Origin: Octopus vulgaris
Taxonomy: Eukaryota
Assembly (NCBI GenBank): GCA_951406725.2
Contig: OX597835.1
Location: 36,580,001-36,644,000, forward strand
Reading direction: 5' to 3'
Length of the DNA: 64,000 bases
Below are positions 14,285 to 27,044 of this stretch, one piece after another (position 1 is the first letter of the stretch; every line of letters begins with the position of its first letter). The position numbers and the translations under genes were made by a program. The notes beneath the pieces are model-generated. The model did no database searches, was not told where the DNA came from, and was given only the letters and a program-made list of their open reading frames with translations.

Positions 14285-17101
14285 TGTTTCTTTATTAGCC
14301 ACACAGGGCTGCACACAGACGGGACAAATTACAAGGTAGAGCTTTTCTTTTGGGGATAAAAAAAGGGGGGTTGGTTTTCGATCAAAAGGGATCGTAAAAG
14401 GAAAGAAAGAGGAAAGCAAAAGAAAAAAAAAGGGGGGGGTAAAAATAAAAGGAAAAAGAAAAAATCGATCAATAGAGATCGTTATCAAGAAATGTCAATA
14501 TAAAGTGTAAAGGGGAAGACAGGTGAGGTTTACCCGTGGAAAGAAAAGCCTACGGAAAAGACCACGGTAACCACGGTCAATGAAGTCACATGTTACATTT
14601 TTTTTTACAAATAAGTAACTCTCTGTATTAAATTTTTACCGTTCATGGGATCATGGTCAAGGTGGCTTCGTCATTCATACGTGCCATCCTTGATACATTC
14701 ACCCATCTTTTTTGAAAACATTCGCTAGACAAAACTTGCCTCTCTACTCTCACTTTCCTTTTCAAGTGATACTTGAGGAAGTTGAGAGATTGACCAGAGA
14801 GGAAAGTGTTTGTGTCCAATCCTTTCAGACGCGTCCACCAGATACATTCTTTCGCCATAGCCACAAGGATGATAAAAATAGCTCTTCCATCCCGTTTGAA
14901 GGAAGGAGGCATAACAATATTGACGATAGACTCAGCTGATAAACCGACACGTCCCACACGTGACAGCAGTCGTTCGACATAAGTCCACAGGTCGGAAATT
15001 GTTGGACACTGCACGATTGCGTGCGGGACGGTTTCGTCGCTCTAACCGCATCTCGGGCAGGTTGGCCCCGTGTTTCTCGAGCCATGCCTATAGAGTTTAT
15101 CCTGAACGGGTAGCGCTTCTCGGTAGCACTGCCAGGCCAGGGATCTCTGGAAGTTGTCCATAGGTCCCGGCCCGAAAGTCGTCTCAAAAAGGCGGGTCAG
15201 GTATTCCTCGTCGACGCCCAGGTTCGCCCCAAGATCGTCGTCGTACCTCCCCTCCACTAATCCCCTATAGAATGCTTTGGTTGTGTTGAAGTCACTCAAG
15301 GTCGACCCGGGACGGCATAGTTGCTTGAGAACAACGCGACACTCGCGGTGCCATTCGCCCTTCCTCGGCCTCTTTTTGATCCGCGACTGCATTTCGGTCA
15401 TGGAGACGAGCTGCGGGAAGGCGTGCCTCACAAACGGCGACCACACCTGTTCACCGTCGTCTACATAGAGCCGGAGATGTCGCAGTCTCAGCGCGTGTCT
15501 GCGCATCATCAACTACGGCATGCCCAGCCCTCCTTTTAACGGGTGTTGACAGCAAATGGATCGCCTGACCATCGGGACGCATCCTTTTCACAAGATGCGG
15601 AAGAGAATGCGTTCTAGTTTGGTGTTGGTAGGGTCGGGACAAGGTACGACGGTCAGGCGGTAGTAGATGATGACGCGATGTACGTGTTCGCCACCTCCGC
15701 CCGACCTTTTAGGGACAGTTTCCTCTCGGCCCATTCCGGGCGAGAGTGACCACCCTACTCATTATCTCGTTCCAGTTCTTCTCCATTTGGAGGTCCGGAC
15801 CGAACCAGACCCCGAGCAACTCGACGGGCCGTCCGTCCAGCGTCCCACAACGGAGGCGCTAGTGGACGGCATGGGCTTGCTTCTCCAGGTGCCGAGCCGA
15901 GCCGAGCCGAGCCGCAAGCCCACTGACCTTTCCCGGTTGATTTTCGCTCCTGTCACCGCTTCGTAGTCTTTCAGTGTCTCGCCGACCAGCTCAGTGTGCT
16001 CGTGGCTTGACACTTTGACGGTGACGTCGTCCGCGTATGCAGACACGCTCGTCCCGCATCCCAGTTCTCGCGGGATGCCCCTCAGAGTTGCCAGCTTCCG
16101 CAGTAGTGGCTCGAGAGTCAATACGTATAGAAGCGACGAGAGGGGGCATCCCTGACGGACCGAACGTGCAATGTCGAAAGGTCTCGATAGATGTCCATTT
16201 ACGCGAATTACCGAACGGATACCTTTGTACAAAGTAGCTATCCAGCCGCGGAAAACGGGACCGAAACCAGCCGCTCTCAGGACTGCCTCCAAGTATCGAT
16301 GGTCCACCCTATCGAAAGCTTTCGATTGATCTAAATTGATCAGGGCCCCACACGTGCCAGGTTCCTTAACTACTCTGTCTATGATGTAGCGCATCATGGA
16401 TGCTCCGGCCCGGCACGGCGCACGCTTGTGCGTTGTCGACCAGTTTCTCGATGACAAGCGCCAGCCTCTTGGCTAACACCTTTGTCAAAATTTTCATGTC
16501 TGCATTGAGCAGAGTGATTGGTCTAAAGTTATCTATAACGTTCCTCTTGTTTGGATCTTTCTTCAGCAGCGTTTCGGCTCCTCGACTCACAAAACCGGGT
16601 ATGCTCCCGCTTTGCTGCCAGTTGCAGTATACCGCTGCCAAGACGTCTCCAAACAAGTCTGGCATACAATTGTAAAACTCGTAGGGCAGACCATCCAAAC
16701 CCGGCGATTTGTCTCTCGAGCATTCTGCCATTGCGTCCCGCACATCCGCCGCCGTGATGGCACCTTCACAGCACTCTGCCTCTCTTGCCGAGAGTCGTGG
16801 CAGGCTGTGCAGGTAGGCACTGAAGTCCACCCTGCGTTCACGCTCGCCACTCGTCCCGTACAGTCGGGAAAAGTGCCGCTGAAATGCCTCGCACATCTTG
16901 CTGGGCTCGAGCAATTCGCGCCTTTGTTCGTCTACCAGAGACCGAATGGTGGCTTTGTTGCCCTGCTGCGCCTCCACCACCCGGGCCTCTCTCGCGGCTC
17001 CAACACCTTCCATCCTTAGAACACGCATCCTAGCCCTGACAGCACACCCTTCGTGTTTGGCGTTGAGGTGTTGGTCGAGGGCCAACCTCGCCGCTTCTTA
17101 T
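14285..17101 (-). mobile_element. 5'-truncated Tx1-clade (L1 group) LINE with a frameshifted ORF2 RT
   Basis: KSPGLDGLPYEFY, NFRPITLLNADMKIL, LDQSKAFDRVDHRYL, VRQGCPLS, AYADDVTV, C-terminal CPRCG...H knuckle; AATAAA at the 3' end; (TATC)n on both flanks. Confidence 0.88.
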
Positions 17102-18120
17102 TGATAGATAGATAGACAGACAGACAGTGGTGGTGGTGGTAGTGGTGGCGGAGGTGGTGGCGGCGGCGGTGGTGGTGGCGGTGGTGATGGTGGTGGTGGT
17201 GTCGGTGGCGGTGGTGATGTTTGTGGCAGAGTTGAATGTTTCAGTCGAAGTCGCGTCTCGCCTTCACCTTCGAAATGCGGAGTAGATGAAACCATGGCGA
17301 CTGAAGAAGGGGAATTTTCCTTGTGTTGTATGTCCTGTACTCTATTTTTTCGTTGTTTAAGAAAAATGTCCAGTTCCTAGGTTTTGTGTTTATATTTTCG
17401 TTTCTCATTGTGTTCGACGTTTTTTTGGTGTCCTGTACCCATATATGCATGTATATATACATGTAGACGTAGGTACGTACATATATGTATGTATATATGC
17501 ATATGTTTTATTTATTAATTTGTTATTACACGACAGAACGCACGCATCCATTTCTAAGTAAGTTTGTCCGTAGTAGTAGTAGTAGTAGTGGTTGGCTGTG
17601 AAGCTGTCGTCTGGGTTCTTCCAATTTCTTCGTGTGTCGGCGGCGGCGGCGGTGTTGCCGTCCAATGCTCACACCTGCACCTGTGTTGCTTCTCCCCCTC
17701 CTTCCCTCCTTCATGAAGCTGTGGGGAAGGCAGGGTAGGGAAATCAACGTCGTAAGCGTTGTCAAGGAGACCGGCGTTCTTTTCGACAACGACTTCAGGG
17801 CTTGAAGACGCCATGCTCAAAGCAGAAATGGCCAAGAAAGCCGAAAACCATTTTTTACAAAATCAGGAAACACGCCACACAGGGCAGGTTTCCCGTACAA
17901 AGATTTAGTTGAAGAAATCGACCCCAGAACTAATATTTTCTTCAAAGTCTGGTACTTATTCTATCGGTGTCTTTGACGAACCGCTACGTTACGGACACAT
18001 ACATACGCGCGCGCACATACGATGGGCTTATTTGCTTATTTCAGTTTCTGTCGATCAAATCTACCAACAAGGTTTTATGCTATATAGTGTAAGACACTCG
18101 CGCACGCGCATTTGATAATA

Positions 18121-18617
18121 TTGTTTGTTCCTTCTCCAGCCGGTTTCCCGGTTTCCTTGGCGTATAGGTTCCCCACCTGGACGTGACGCCGGTCCGTCGC
18201 AGTTGAGCTGCAAGATGCAGGAGGAAAGAGTGAGAGAAAGTTGTGGCGAAAGAGTCAGCAGAAGTTCGCCATTACTGTAGAGCAGTGCTTTTCAAACTTT
18301 TTGCTGGAGTGGAACCCCAAGGAAACATTCCACTGGCTCGAGGAACCCCTGTGCAGTAATTTAATAGTCTTGTGCACACATATCTGCACAGGAGAATTAA
18401 AAATTACTGCCGATTTTAGCAGTTTTGTAACTTCTTGCGGAACCCCTGGACTGTACTGGCGGAACCCTAAGGTTCCATGGAACTCTGGTTGAAAACCACT
18501 GCTGTGGAGCTTAGGTGTTTCGCTGATAAACACACGCATCGTCTGGTCTGAGATTCGAACCTGCGATCCCTCGACCGCGAGTCCGCTGCTCTAACCACTA
18601 GGCCATGTGCCTCCACA
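18121..18617 (-). mobile_element. tRNA-derived SINE family D (other copies about 8520-8820 and 30405-30706; related 23850-24140 and 62900-63197)
   Basis: Head ggcacatggcctagtggttagagcagcgg...ggttcgaatc with A/B boxes; shared body. Confidence 0.75.
18283..18501 (+). mobile_element. hAT-type MITE
   Basis: TIRs cagtgcttttcaa / ttgaaaaccactg; 8-bp TSD ctgtagag/ctgtggag; second copy at 45285-45485. Confidence 0.8.
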
Positions 18618-19560
18618 CATTAGATAATTATAAACAAGGAAAATAGAATTCAAAGCAAACCTACACAACCGTGTCTCACTCACCAACTTTGTTTCCCAAT
18701 AACCTCAAAAAAAAAAAAAAAAAAAAGTTAATGTTTTTTTAATGAAATTCTCTACAAATTGCTTTCAAAAGGCGTAGATTTCTGTTATAGTGGAATATAA
18801 TGTGAAAACAAAAGGCGGCGAGCTGGCAGAAACGTTAGCACGCCGGGCGAAATGCGTTGCCGTATTTCATCTGCCGTGACGTTCTGAGTTCAAATTCCGC
18901 CGAGGTCGACTTTGCCTTTCATCCTTTCGGGGTCGATAACTTTAGTACCAGTTACGCACTGGGGTCGATAACTTTAGTACCAGTTACGCACTGGGGTCGA
19001 TAACTTTAGTACCAGTTACGCACTGGGGTCGCTGTAATCGACTTAATGCGTTTGTTTGTCCTTGTTTGTCCCTTCTGTGTTTAGCCCTTTGTGTAAAGAA
19101 ATATATAGTAAAGAAATATATAATGTCAAAACAAAAAAAAACCCCATAAAACAAAGACAAAAAACATTGGTGGGTGCTTCCCAACCACATGGTTATGAGT
19201 TCAGGCCCACCGTGGGACACATTAGGTAAGTGCTTTCTACTATAGCCCCCGGCCAACCAAAGCCTTATGGGTGGATTTGGTAGATGGAAACTGAAAAATG
19301 TCCATCATGTATGTGTGTGTGTGTGTGTATGTGTTTGTCCCCCTCACCATCGCTTGACAACCGATGCTTGTGTGTTTATCTCCCTATAAGCAAAAGACAC
19401 CGACAGAATAAGTACTAGGCTTTTAAGGCAGTACTCCAGTATGGCCGCAGTCAAATGACTGAAACAAGTAAAAGAATACTATATGGCGTTCCTGTAGAAT
19501 AACGTCGCAAATTATCTAGAGGTGCGCACACATACTGACATGCATCGGGGTTTTTTTTTT

Positions 19561-19958
19561 TGATCTTCTCGGTTTGAACGGCAGTTTTTTCTAGCGGTGT
19601 CATATGAAATTGTCACCCATAATTATGACCCTAGTATCGATCTATTGCATTTCAATCTGTTTTAGGGTTAGAGGTGGGGGAAGGGTATCTTTTTTCTTCA
19701 CAAATGTAAATAAACCCAATCTGTTTCTTAAACGAGAGACATATTCATACGGCACAAAATGTTTTCACCTCAATAGACGTCACTGATTGGTTGAAATTGC
19801 AGAAAAAAACATCAAATATCTTACAAACCATAGAATTTTCTCAATAAAGCCAAGAGAAAAAGATGTTTTATAAACACATTCTACCAGTATACGAAGTTTA
19901 AAAGTGTTTAGTTACGTGGAAATTATTTTAAAAACTGCCGTTCAAACCGAAAAGATCC
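19561..19958. mobile_element. Merlin-like MITE copy in poly(T)
   Basis: Same TIRs and body as 9909-10332. Confidence 0.78.
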
Positions 19959-20369
19959 TTTTTTTTTTTAATTTCAAGTTCCATTTCGTAGATGTGTATC
20001 AGGATGAATGGGCACCCACCAATTTTTATTCCCCCCCCCCCCGCTAAATTCCAATATAATCGCAATCTACACAGTCCGAAAGGTATTGAAGGAATTTTCA
20101 TTAAAATATATGCATTTTTCTGAAAGTTATGAGGAAACAAAGTCGTGTAAGGGGGTAAACTTGTACAGATATGCATATTCAAATAGATGTGATGGTCGTG
20201 GCTGGAGCGACTTTGGTCATAACTCTGTGCTGATTTCGGTCTAAACAATATTAGTAATAACAGTAAGCATTGGCAATCATCTTCCTTCTTGTGAAATTCC
20301 CTCTTTAATCATGAGAATTTCCACAGCTAAAGTACAAGAGAAGGCTTGTAAAAGATTTGTCATCAATCA

Positions 20370-20878
20370 ACCAGAGGGGAGAGAGAAAGAGAAAGGGTAA
20401 TGAGAGAGAGAGAAGGAGACAGAGGGTAACGAGAGAGAGAGATAGGATGACGAAAGAGAGATTGGAAAAAGAGAGATGATAGAGAGAGGATAACGAGAGT
20501 GAGAGAGAGGGTAACGAGAGAGAGAGAGAGAAGAGAGAGAGGATAAGGAGAGAGAGAGGATAAGGAGAGAGAGAGGATAAGGAGAGAGAGAGAAGAGAGA
20601 GAGGATAAGGAGAGAGAGAGAAGAGAGAGAGGATAAGGAGAGAGAGAGAAGAGAGAGAGGATAAGGAGAGAGAGAGAAGAGAGAGAGGATAAGGAGAGAG
20701 AGAGGGGATAACGAGAGAGAGAGAGGGGATAACGAGAGAGAGAGAGGGGATAACGAGAGAGAGAGAAGTTAAAGAGAGAAAATATAATAATGAGAGAGAG
20801 AGAGAGAGAAAAACACACACGCGCGCACACACACACAGAGGAAAGCAGAAAGAAAGTGAGAGAGAGAGAGGGGGGGAG
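20370..20878. repeat. GA-rich purine tract just upstream of the WDR91 start codon
   Basis: (GA)n interspersed with gataag/gataac units, ending about 50 bp before the ATG. Confidence 0.85.
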
Positions 20879-20925
20879 TAGGTGCATAGCGAGCGACTCC
20901 AGTAGAGGGCGTTGCAGTCGCTGAG

Positions 20926-21048
20926 ATGGCGGCCGCAGCAACTCATGTCGACGAATTGGTGAAAGAATATCTTTTACAGCGAGGCCTCACTTCTTCTTTC
21001 CGTGCATTCGAGTTGGAACTGAAGAATGAGAAAGAGAAAGGACTCCGG
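20926..21048 (+). CDS. WDR91: WDR91 coding exon 1
   Basis: ATG at 20926; MAAAATHVDELVKEYLLQRGLTSSFRAFELELKNEKEKGLR resembles the vertebrate WDR91 N-terminus as I recall it ([21 protein letters not shown]...DKEKGFR); donor CGG/gtaagc, phase 0. Confidence 0.93.
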
Positions 21049-22067
21049 GTAAGCATACGCGTATTTATATATATCTGTCTATATGTACCTCATAAAGCTT
21101 TGATGTCGGGCACCTGCTGCTACTATTTGCTGATGTTAATCATGATTATGATGATGATGGTTTCGGTTTCGCTTCGCTTCGGTTCCAGTTCTATGGATGA
21201 ATGATCACAGTTGGCTTTTTCTTGGTTCTTGTGCTAAAACCTGGGGCGGGGACGACGAATCAGTTGCAATCTGTCCTCTTGCTACCCGTTTCAGCCAAAC
21301 AACAACATAAACAATATACTTACACAACGATACACACACACACACATATGTATATATACATTATATATATTTCTTTACTACCCACAAGGGGCTAAACATA
21401 GAGGGGACAAACAAGGACAGACATAAGTATTAAGTCGATTACATCGACTCCAGTGCGAAACTGGTACTTTATTTATCGACCCCGAAAGGATGAAATGCAA
21501 AGTCGACCTCGGCAGATATGTATATATACCTATTTCTTTACTACCCACAAGGGGCTAAACATAGAGGGAACAAACAAGGACAGGACAAAGGGATTAAGTC
21601 GATTACATCGACTCCAGTACCTAACTGGTACTTAATTTATCGACCCCGAAAGGATGAAAAGCATAATCAACATCGGCGGATATATATATATATGTACCTT
21701 ATATAATGAGTGTCTACTTTTGATATGTGTGCGTGTACCCCTACCTATCACTTTTCTTTTAATTCTACCATCACCACCTCCAGAGCTATTTTACTAATAA
21801 TTTTACGATTTCTGTTGCATAGTACCACCACTATACACCTGTAGATGTCTTAGAATTATATTGATTAATACTAACTGTTCCTTTTAAATTTTTATTCTGT
21901 AATTAACTTGCTATACGTCTAAACCACTTCAAAGTTGTTATTAAAACACCTTGTGTTGTCTTCACGCATCCTGTTTCTGTTATTTCGTTTTTTAACTTGT
22001 AAATCCTGGATCCAAATGGCTTTGATTTTTCTCATTATCTATCCTTGTTTCGTTTACATATTGATTG

Positions 22068-22161
<94 letters not shown>

Positions 22162-22880
22162 ATCTATCTATCTATCCATCCATTATACATTTATGCGAGT
22201 TAAATATGCTTATTGAACGTAAACAAAAATATATTTATAACACATCGCTGTCAGTAGTAATAATATATCTATATATATATACACACACGCATATATATAT
22301 ATATATACATTTGGTGATACGAACAGGAACAAGAATATATATAATTAATAATTTAAAAACAAGCTGACTCTAGGACCGAGAGTTTCGTGTGTTGGCACTT
22401 AAACTAGTTACAAATCACTTATAAATTTGTATACCAGTGATAATGGTAGTTCCTTATATATAGACGTGCATTTGTATGTACATGTGTGTACATATATATG
22501 AATGTGCATGCGTATATATTTGGTTAAGGGTGTATATAAGTCCCGTTGTTTGTATCTAAGCCAACATGATTACTCATTCCGTGTATGTATTTATTAGCTT
22601 GATAAGTGACATGATCAAAGATCTTGTGTTGAAACTAATACAGTTCTGTTATGCAAGTGTCACGATACACTCTAAATCACGTACTACATTGTATACATCA
22701 TTTAATAAACACGGAATTTAAATATGAGCTACTGTAAATTTTATACTCCGGTTTTTTTCACTAATCGGACGTGTTTTTGTTATTTAGCGTGCTGTGTAGT
22801 ATCCTGCTATTTTCCAGGCTCAAAACACATGTATACATACGTACACACACAACACAATACGCACATACATACACGCATAC

Positions 22881-23278
22881 CTATTTCTTTACTACCCACT
22901 AGGGGCTAAACACAGAGAGGACAAACAAAGACAGACAAACGGATTAAGTCGATTATATCGACCCCAGTGCGTAAGTGGTACTTATTTAATCGACCCCGAA
23001 AGGATGAAAGGCAAAGTCGACCTCGGCGGAATTTGAACTCGGAACGTAGCGGCAGACGAAATACCTATTTCTTTACTACCCACAAGGGGCTAAACACAGA
23101 GGGGACAAACGGATTAAGTCGATTATATCGACCCCAGTGCGTAACTGGTACTTATTTAATCGACCCCGAAAGGATGAAAGGCAAAGTCGACCTCGGCGGA
23201 ATTTGAACTCAGAACGTAACAGCAGACGAAATACTGCTAAGCATTTCGCCCGGCGTGCTAACGATTCTGCCAGCTCGC
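22881..23278 (-). mobile_element. SINE family B, head plus two bodies
   Basis: Junction at 23064/23065 is identical to those at 9009 and 9199. Confidence 0.82.
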
Positions 23279-23614
23279 TGCATACCGTTATATACACAGT
23301 TGTTTTTCTGTTTGTTTGATACTACTCTTTATCATCATCATTTAACGTCTGCCTTCCATGCTGGCATGGGTTGGACGGCGTGGCAGGAGCTGGTAAGCCT
23401 GAGGACTGCTGTATGCCTTTCCTATCGCCAGTCACATTACAGGGTGGACTGGGTGGTTTTTACATGGCACCAGCACCGGCGAGGTGACCAAATAACTTGC
23501 AAGGCAAAGACCCTTTGAGAGGTGGAGTGGTATTGAAAGGGGTGGCTTTGTACTAGGTGATGAGGGGTTAGAGTATGACAAGCTGACAGAAACAAGTGAC
23601 TTGCGGTAGAAATA

Positions 23615-23809
23615 CGAGGGGATGCTGAAAATTTCCCGGCATTAAGGGTGTCGCGAAGGGCCTGGTTGGAAGCCCAACCTTCCAAGTTCTTTTACAGAGC
23701 TTAGAAAAAAACTGAAGGATTGCTGCAATAAATGTGTGAATCTGAGAGGGAAATACGTTGACTAAAATCATAACTTTACCCAAATTCAGGAGCTTTTCAG
23801 CACCTCCCG
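23615..23809. mobile_element. Mariner-derived MITE
   Basis: TA-cgaggggatgctgaaaa ... ttttcagcacctcccg-TA. Confidence 0.65.
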
Positions 23810-24307
23810 TACATCGATACTACTAGATACAATAAATAAGTTATCAATATCACCGTGACTGACCAGGCTATCAGATTGTGCTACACATCGCTGGTCACAA
23901 TGCGCTTCGCATTGTTTTAGCCTTCAAATGACGCCACCCCACTGGCTAAGCGAGCAGGCCAACAGAAGAAAGAGTGAGAGAAAGTTGTGGCGAAAGAGTA
24001 CAGCAGGGATCGCCACCACCCCCTGCCGGAGCCTCGTGGAGCTATAGGTGTTTTCGCTCAATAAACACTCACAACTCCCGGTCTGGAAATCGAAACCACG
24101 ATCCTACAACCGCGAGGCCGCTGCCCTAACCACTGGGCCATTATTAATATGTTACGTGGTATATTCTAATTCCAGGTCACAGACACATTTCCACTACATT
24201 CATCTTTATTTATGTGTCTTTCTGTCTTGTCTTGTTGCAGACCAGATTTGACGAATGAAATACATTTTGTCGAACGTTACCTGTTTAATTTAGTGAAACA
24301 AAGCGTG

Positions 24308-24346
<39 letters not shown>

Positions 24347-24485
24347 CTTTATATGCCAAACGGATCATCAATATACATATCCTGTTCCTCTTTTTACTCC
24401 CATACATAAACACGTACACTTCACAAGACTTTGAAACTATTGTTCAGTTTTCTCTCTCTCTCTCTCTGTTTATTTCCTTGTGTTC

Positions 24486-24521
24486 CTTTCTGTTGAAGAG
24501 CGTAGGCTCGAAACTTAAAAG
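24486..24521 (+). ncRNA. Degenerate minimal hammerhead-like motif (second copy 50796-50831, - strand)
   Basis: cttt-CTGTTGA-a-gagc gtag gctc-GAAAC-tta-aaag; A6 is substituted in both copies. Confidence 0.4.
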
Positions 24522-25056
24522 ACTTTCTCAACTACCCGAGCGTCAAACTAATACACCTGTTTGTTGTTTATACTCTTGCCTTCGTCTTTTGTTCTGTGAA
24601 TTTCACTTATATCGTTTAGTCTCAGGGCAATCCTAATCGAACAGACTTAGTCGATGACACCCCAGCCGTGACCATACCATCTTCTTTGAGGATATTTATG
24701 GACAAAATTATCCAAACTGCTTCCTGCTATTTTTAAGACAGCAAGACATGCTTTGAAGGAGATTTCTTTGCTAGTTCTAACAAGTGGCGAATTTGTATTG
24801 CTATTGTTTAGCCCTTGGCCAGCAGAGATGTTATCGAAGGCGTTCCAATTGTGCTCATCACACATATCTTTACACGTAGTTTAGACATAGTGTGTGACAA
24901 AACAAGTTGTAGAAAGTGTCTTCTTTTTGTTATTTATTTAGCGATAATATTGTGCCGTTTAAGAGAGGAGATATGGCTGTCACCTCTAGCCAGCTCTTCC
25001 TAATAATCTGTCCTGTTTGCGTTTGATAAATTCAATTAATTATAGTCGTAGGTACT

Positions 25057-25090
<34 letters not shown>

Positions 25091-25369
25091 CTGACAGATA
25101 TGTAGGCTGAGAGATATGTAGGCTGAGAGATAAAGTGATGGTGGTGGTGTTGGTAGGGTTAATTAGTTTATCAATGCCAGAGCAAGAAGTTTGATGTCAT
25201 AGCATTCTCGTGACTAAATACACACACGCACTTGTTTATGTGTGCATATGTAATTAATGTTCCCATTAACACTATATTTTAAAATAGCCACTGTTAGATT
25301 ACGGCATCACGTGCACGTTGACATATGTATGTCTGTGTGTGCGCATGTATGTATATGTATGTATGTATG

Positions 25370-25411
<42 letters not shown>

Positions 25412-25454
25412 AAGGCCTAGATAACAATGACCTGTCCGTATTGTGTAAATCAAA

Positions 25455-25856
25455 GGCGGCGAGCTGGCAGAAACGTTAGCACGCCGGGCGAAATGCGTAG
25501 CCGTATTTCTTCTGCCGTTACGTTGTGAGTTCAAATTCCGCCGAGGTCGACTTTGCCTTTCATCCTTTCGGCGTCGATAGCTTAAGTACCAGTTGCGCAC
25601 TGGGGTCGATATAATCGACTTAATCCGTTTGTCCTCTCTGTGTTTAGCCCCTTGTGGGTAGTAAAGAAATAGGTATTTCGTCTGCCATGACGTTCTGAGT
25701 TCAAATTCCGCCGCGGTCGACTTTGCCTTTCCTCCTTTCGGTGTCGATAAATTAAGTACCAGTTACGCACTGGGGTCAATGTAATCGACTTAATACCTAT
25801 GTCTGTCCTTGTTTGTCCCCTCTTTGTTTAGCCCCTTGTGGGCAATAAAGAAATAG
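25455..25856 (+). mobile_element. SINE family B, head plus two bodies, 15-bp TSD
   Basis: TSD gtattgtgtaaatca (25438-25452 and 25857-25871); internal junction at 25672/25673. Confidence 0.85.
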
Positions 25857-26684
25857 GTATTGTGTAAATCACGGTCATTTGCATGTGCTTCCATCCGTGT
25901 AGTTGTTGCTGTTGCGACTTGCTACCCACGCCCCTGCTGTCGGAACACTTTAAAAAAAAAAAGAAGAAAATTACAGACTTACTTCCCTTTACGTTCTGTG
26001 TTTAGCTCTTACAGGAGTTAACTTTTGTCGCTTTAACTCTTCCAAGATCGATAAAATAAATATATGCACCAGTCATGTACTGAAAGATACGATCGAAGCG
26101 ATTAAAAATGCCCCCCCCCCTATCTCTCCTCTCCCTCCTTCCTGAACGCAAACAAACAAACAAACAAACAAACAACAATCTGTATGGACTTCTGCCTTTT
26201 AGCAATGCACGCAAAAATAATGGTTGCAGTAATAGTTATGTCCCTTTGCTTTTAGCTTTCCAGGTACGGCCGCGCGGTTGAGAAGTGCTTTTGGCTTCTT
26301 CCTCAGTAAGAACTCCTGAAATGTGCATTTACACCTTCTATCCATTTATCCGTCTTCGATGACGGCGCAGGAGTGGCTGTGTGGTAAGTAACTTACTTCC
26401 CAACCACATGGTTCCAGGTTCAGTCCCACTGCGTGGCAACTTGGGCAAGTGTCTTCTACTATAGCCTCGGGCCGACCAAATTCTTGTGAGTGGATTTGGT
26501 AGATGGAAACTGAAAGAAGCGCCTCGTATATATGTATATATATATATATATATATACGTGTGTGTGTGTGTTTGTACCCCCAACATTGTTTGACAAACGA
26601 TGCTGGTGTGTTTACATCCCCGTAACCTAGTGGTTCAGCAGTGTGTATCTGTGTGAGACTGTCACATTCTGTTTGTTTATGCCT

Positions 26685-26732
<48 letters not shown>

Positions 26733-26779
26733 TCTCTCTTCCTCTCTCATTGTATTCTTTTCATTTCCCTTGTTTTTAG

Positions 26780-27044
26780 GTCGACAAATTGCTGGACCAG
26801 TTACAGCAATATATCTCCTCGTTTGACTTGACCAGTCTTCGAGAATACTGGTCTCGCCTCAACACACGCCTCTTCTCACGTCTTGACCAGCGGTACATGG
26901 CCGGAGTGCGGAAAATGGAAGTCGGTCTCCTCAAGTTTTATCTCATATATGCAACGCAGAACAACAAGCATGACAAGATAATGGAATTCTTCGAGAAACT
27001 CACAACGGAGCTTCAGAATCAGCCCGAATTTCGAGAATGGTTTA
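26780..27044 (+). CDS. WDR91: WDR91 coding exon 2
   Basis: Acceptor tgtttttag; VDKLLDQLQQYISSFDLTSLREYWSRLNTRLFSRLD...ELQNQPEFREWF; donor A/gtaagt, phase 1. Confidence 0.93.

Noticed and set aside
18540-18617. tRNA gene-like sequences (also other SINE heads)
   Set aside because: The A/B boxes continue into SINE bodies and no complete cloverleaf is evident.
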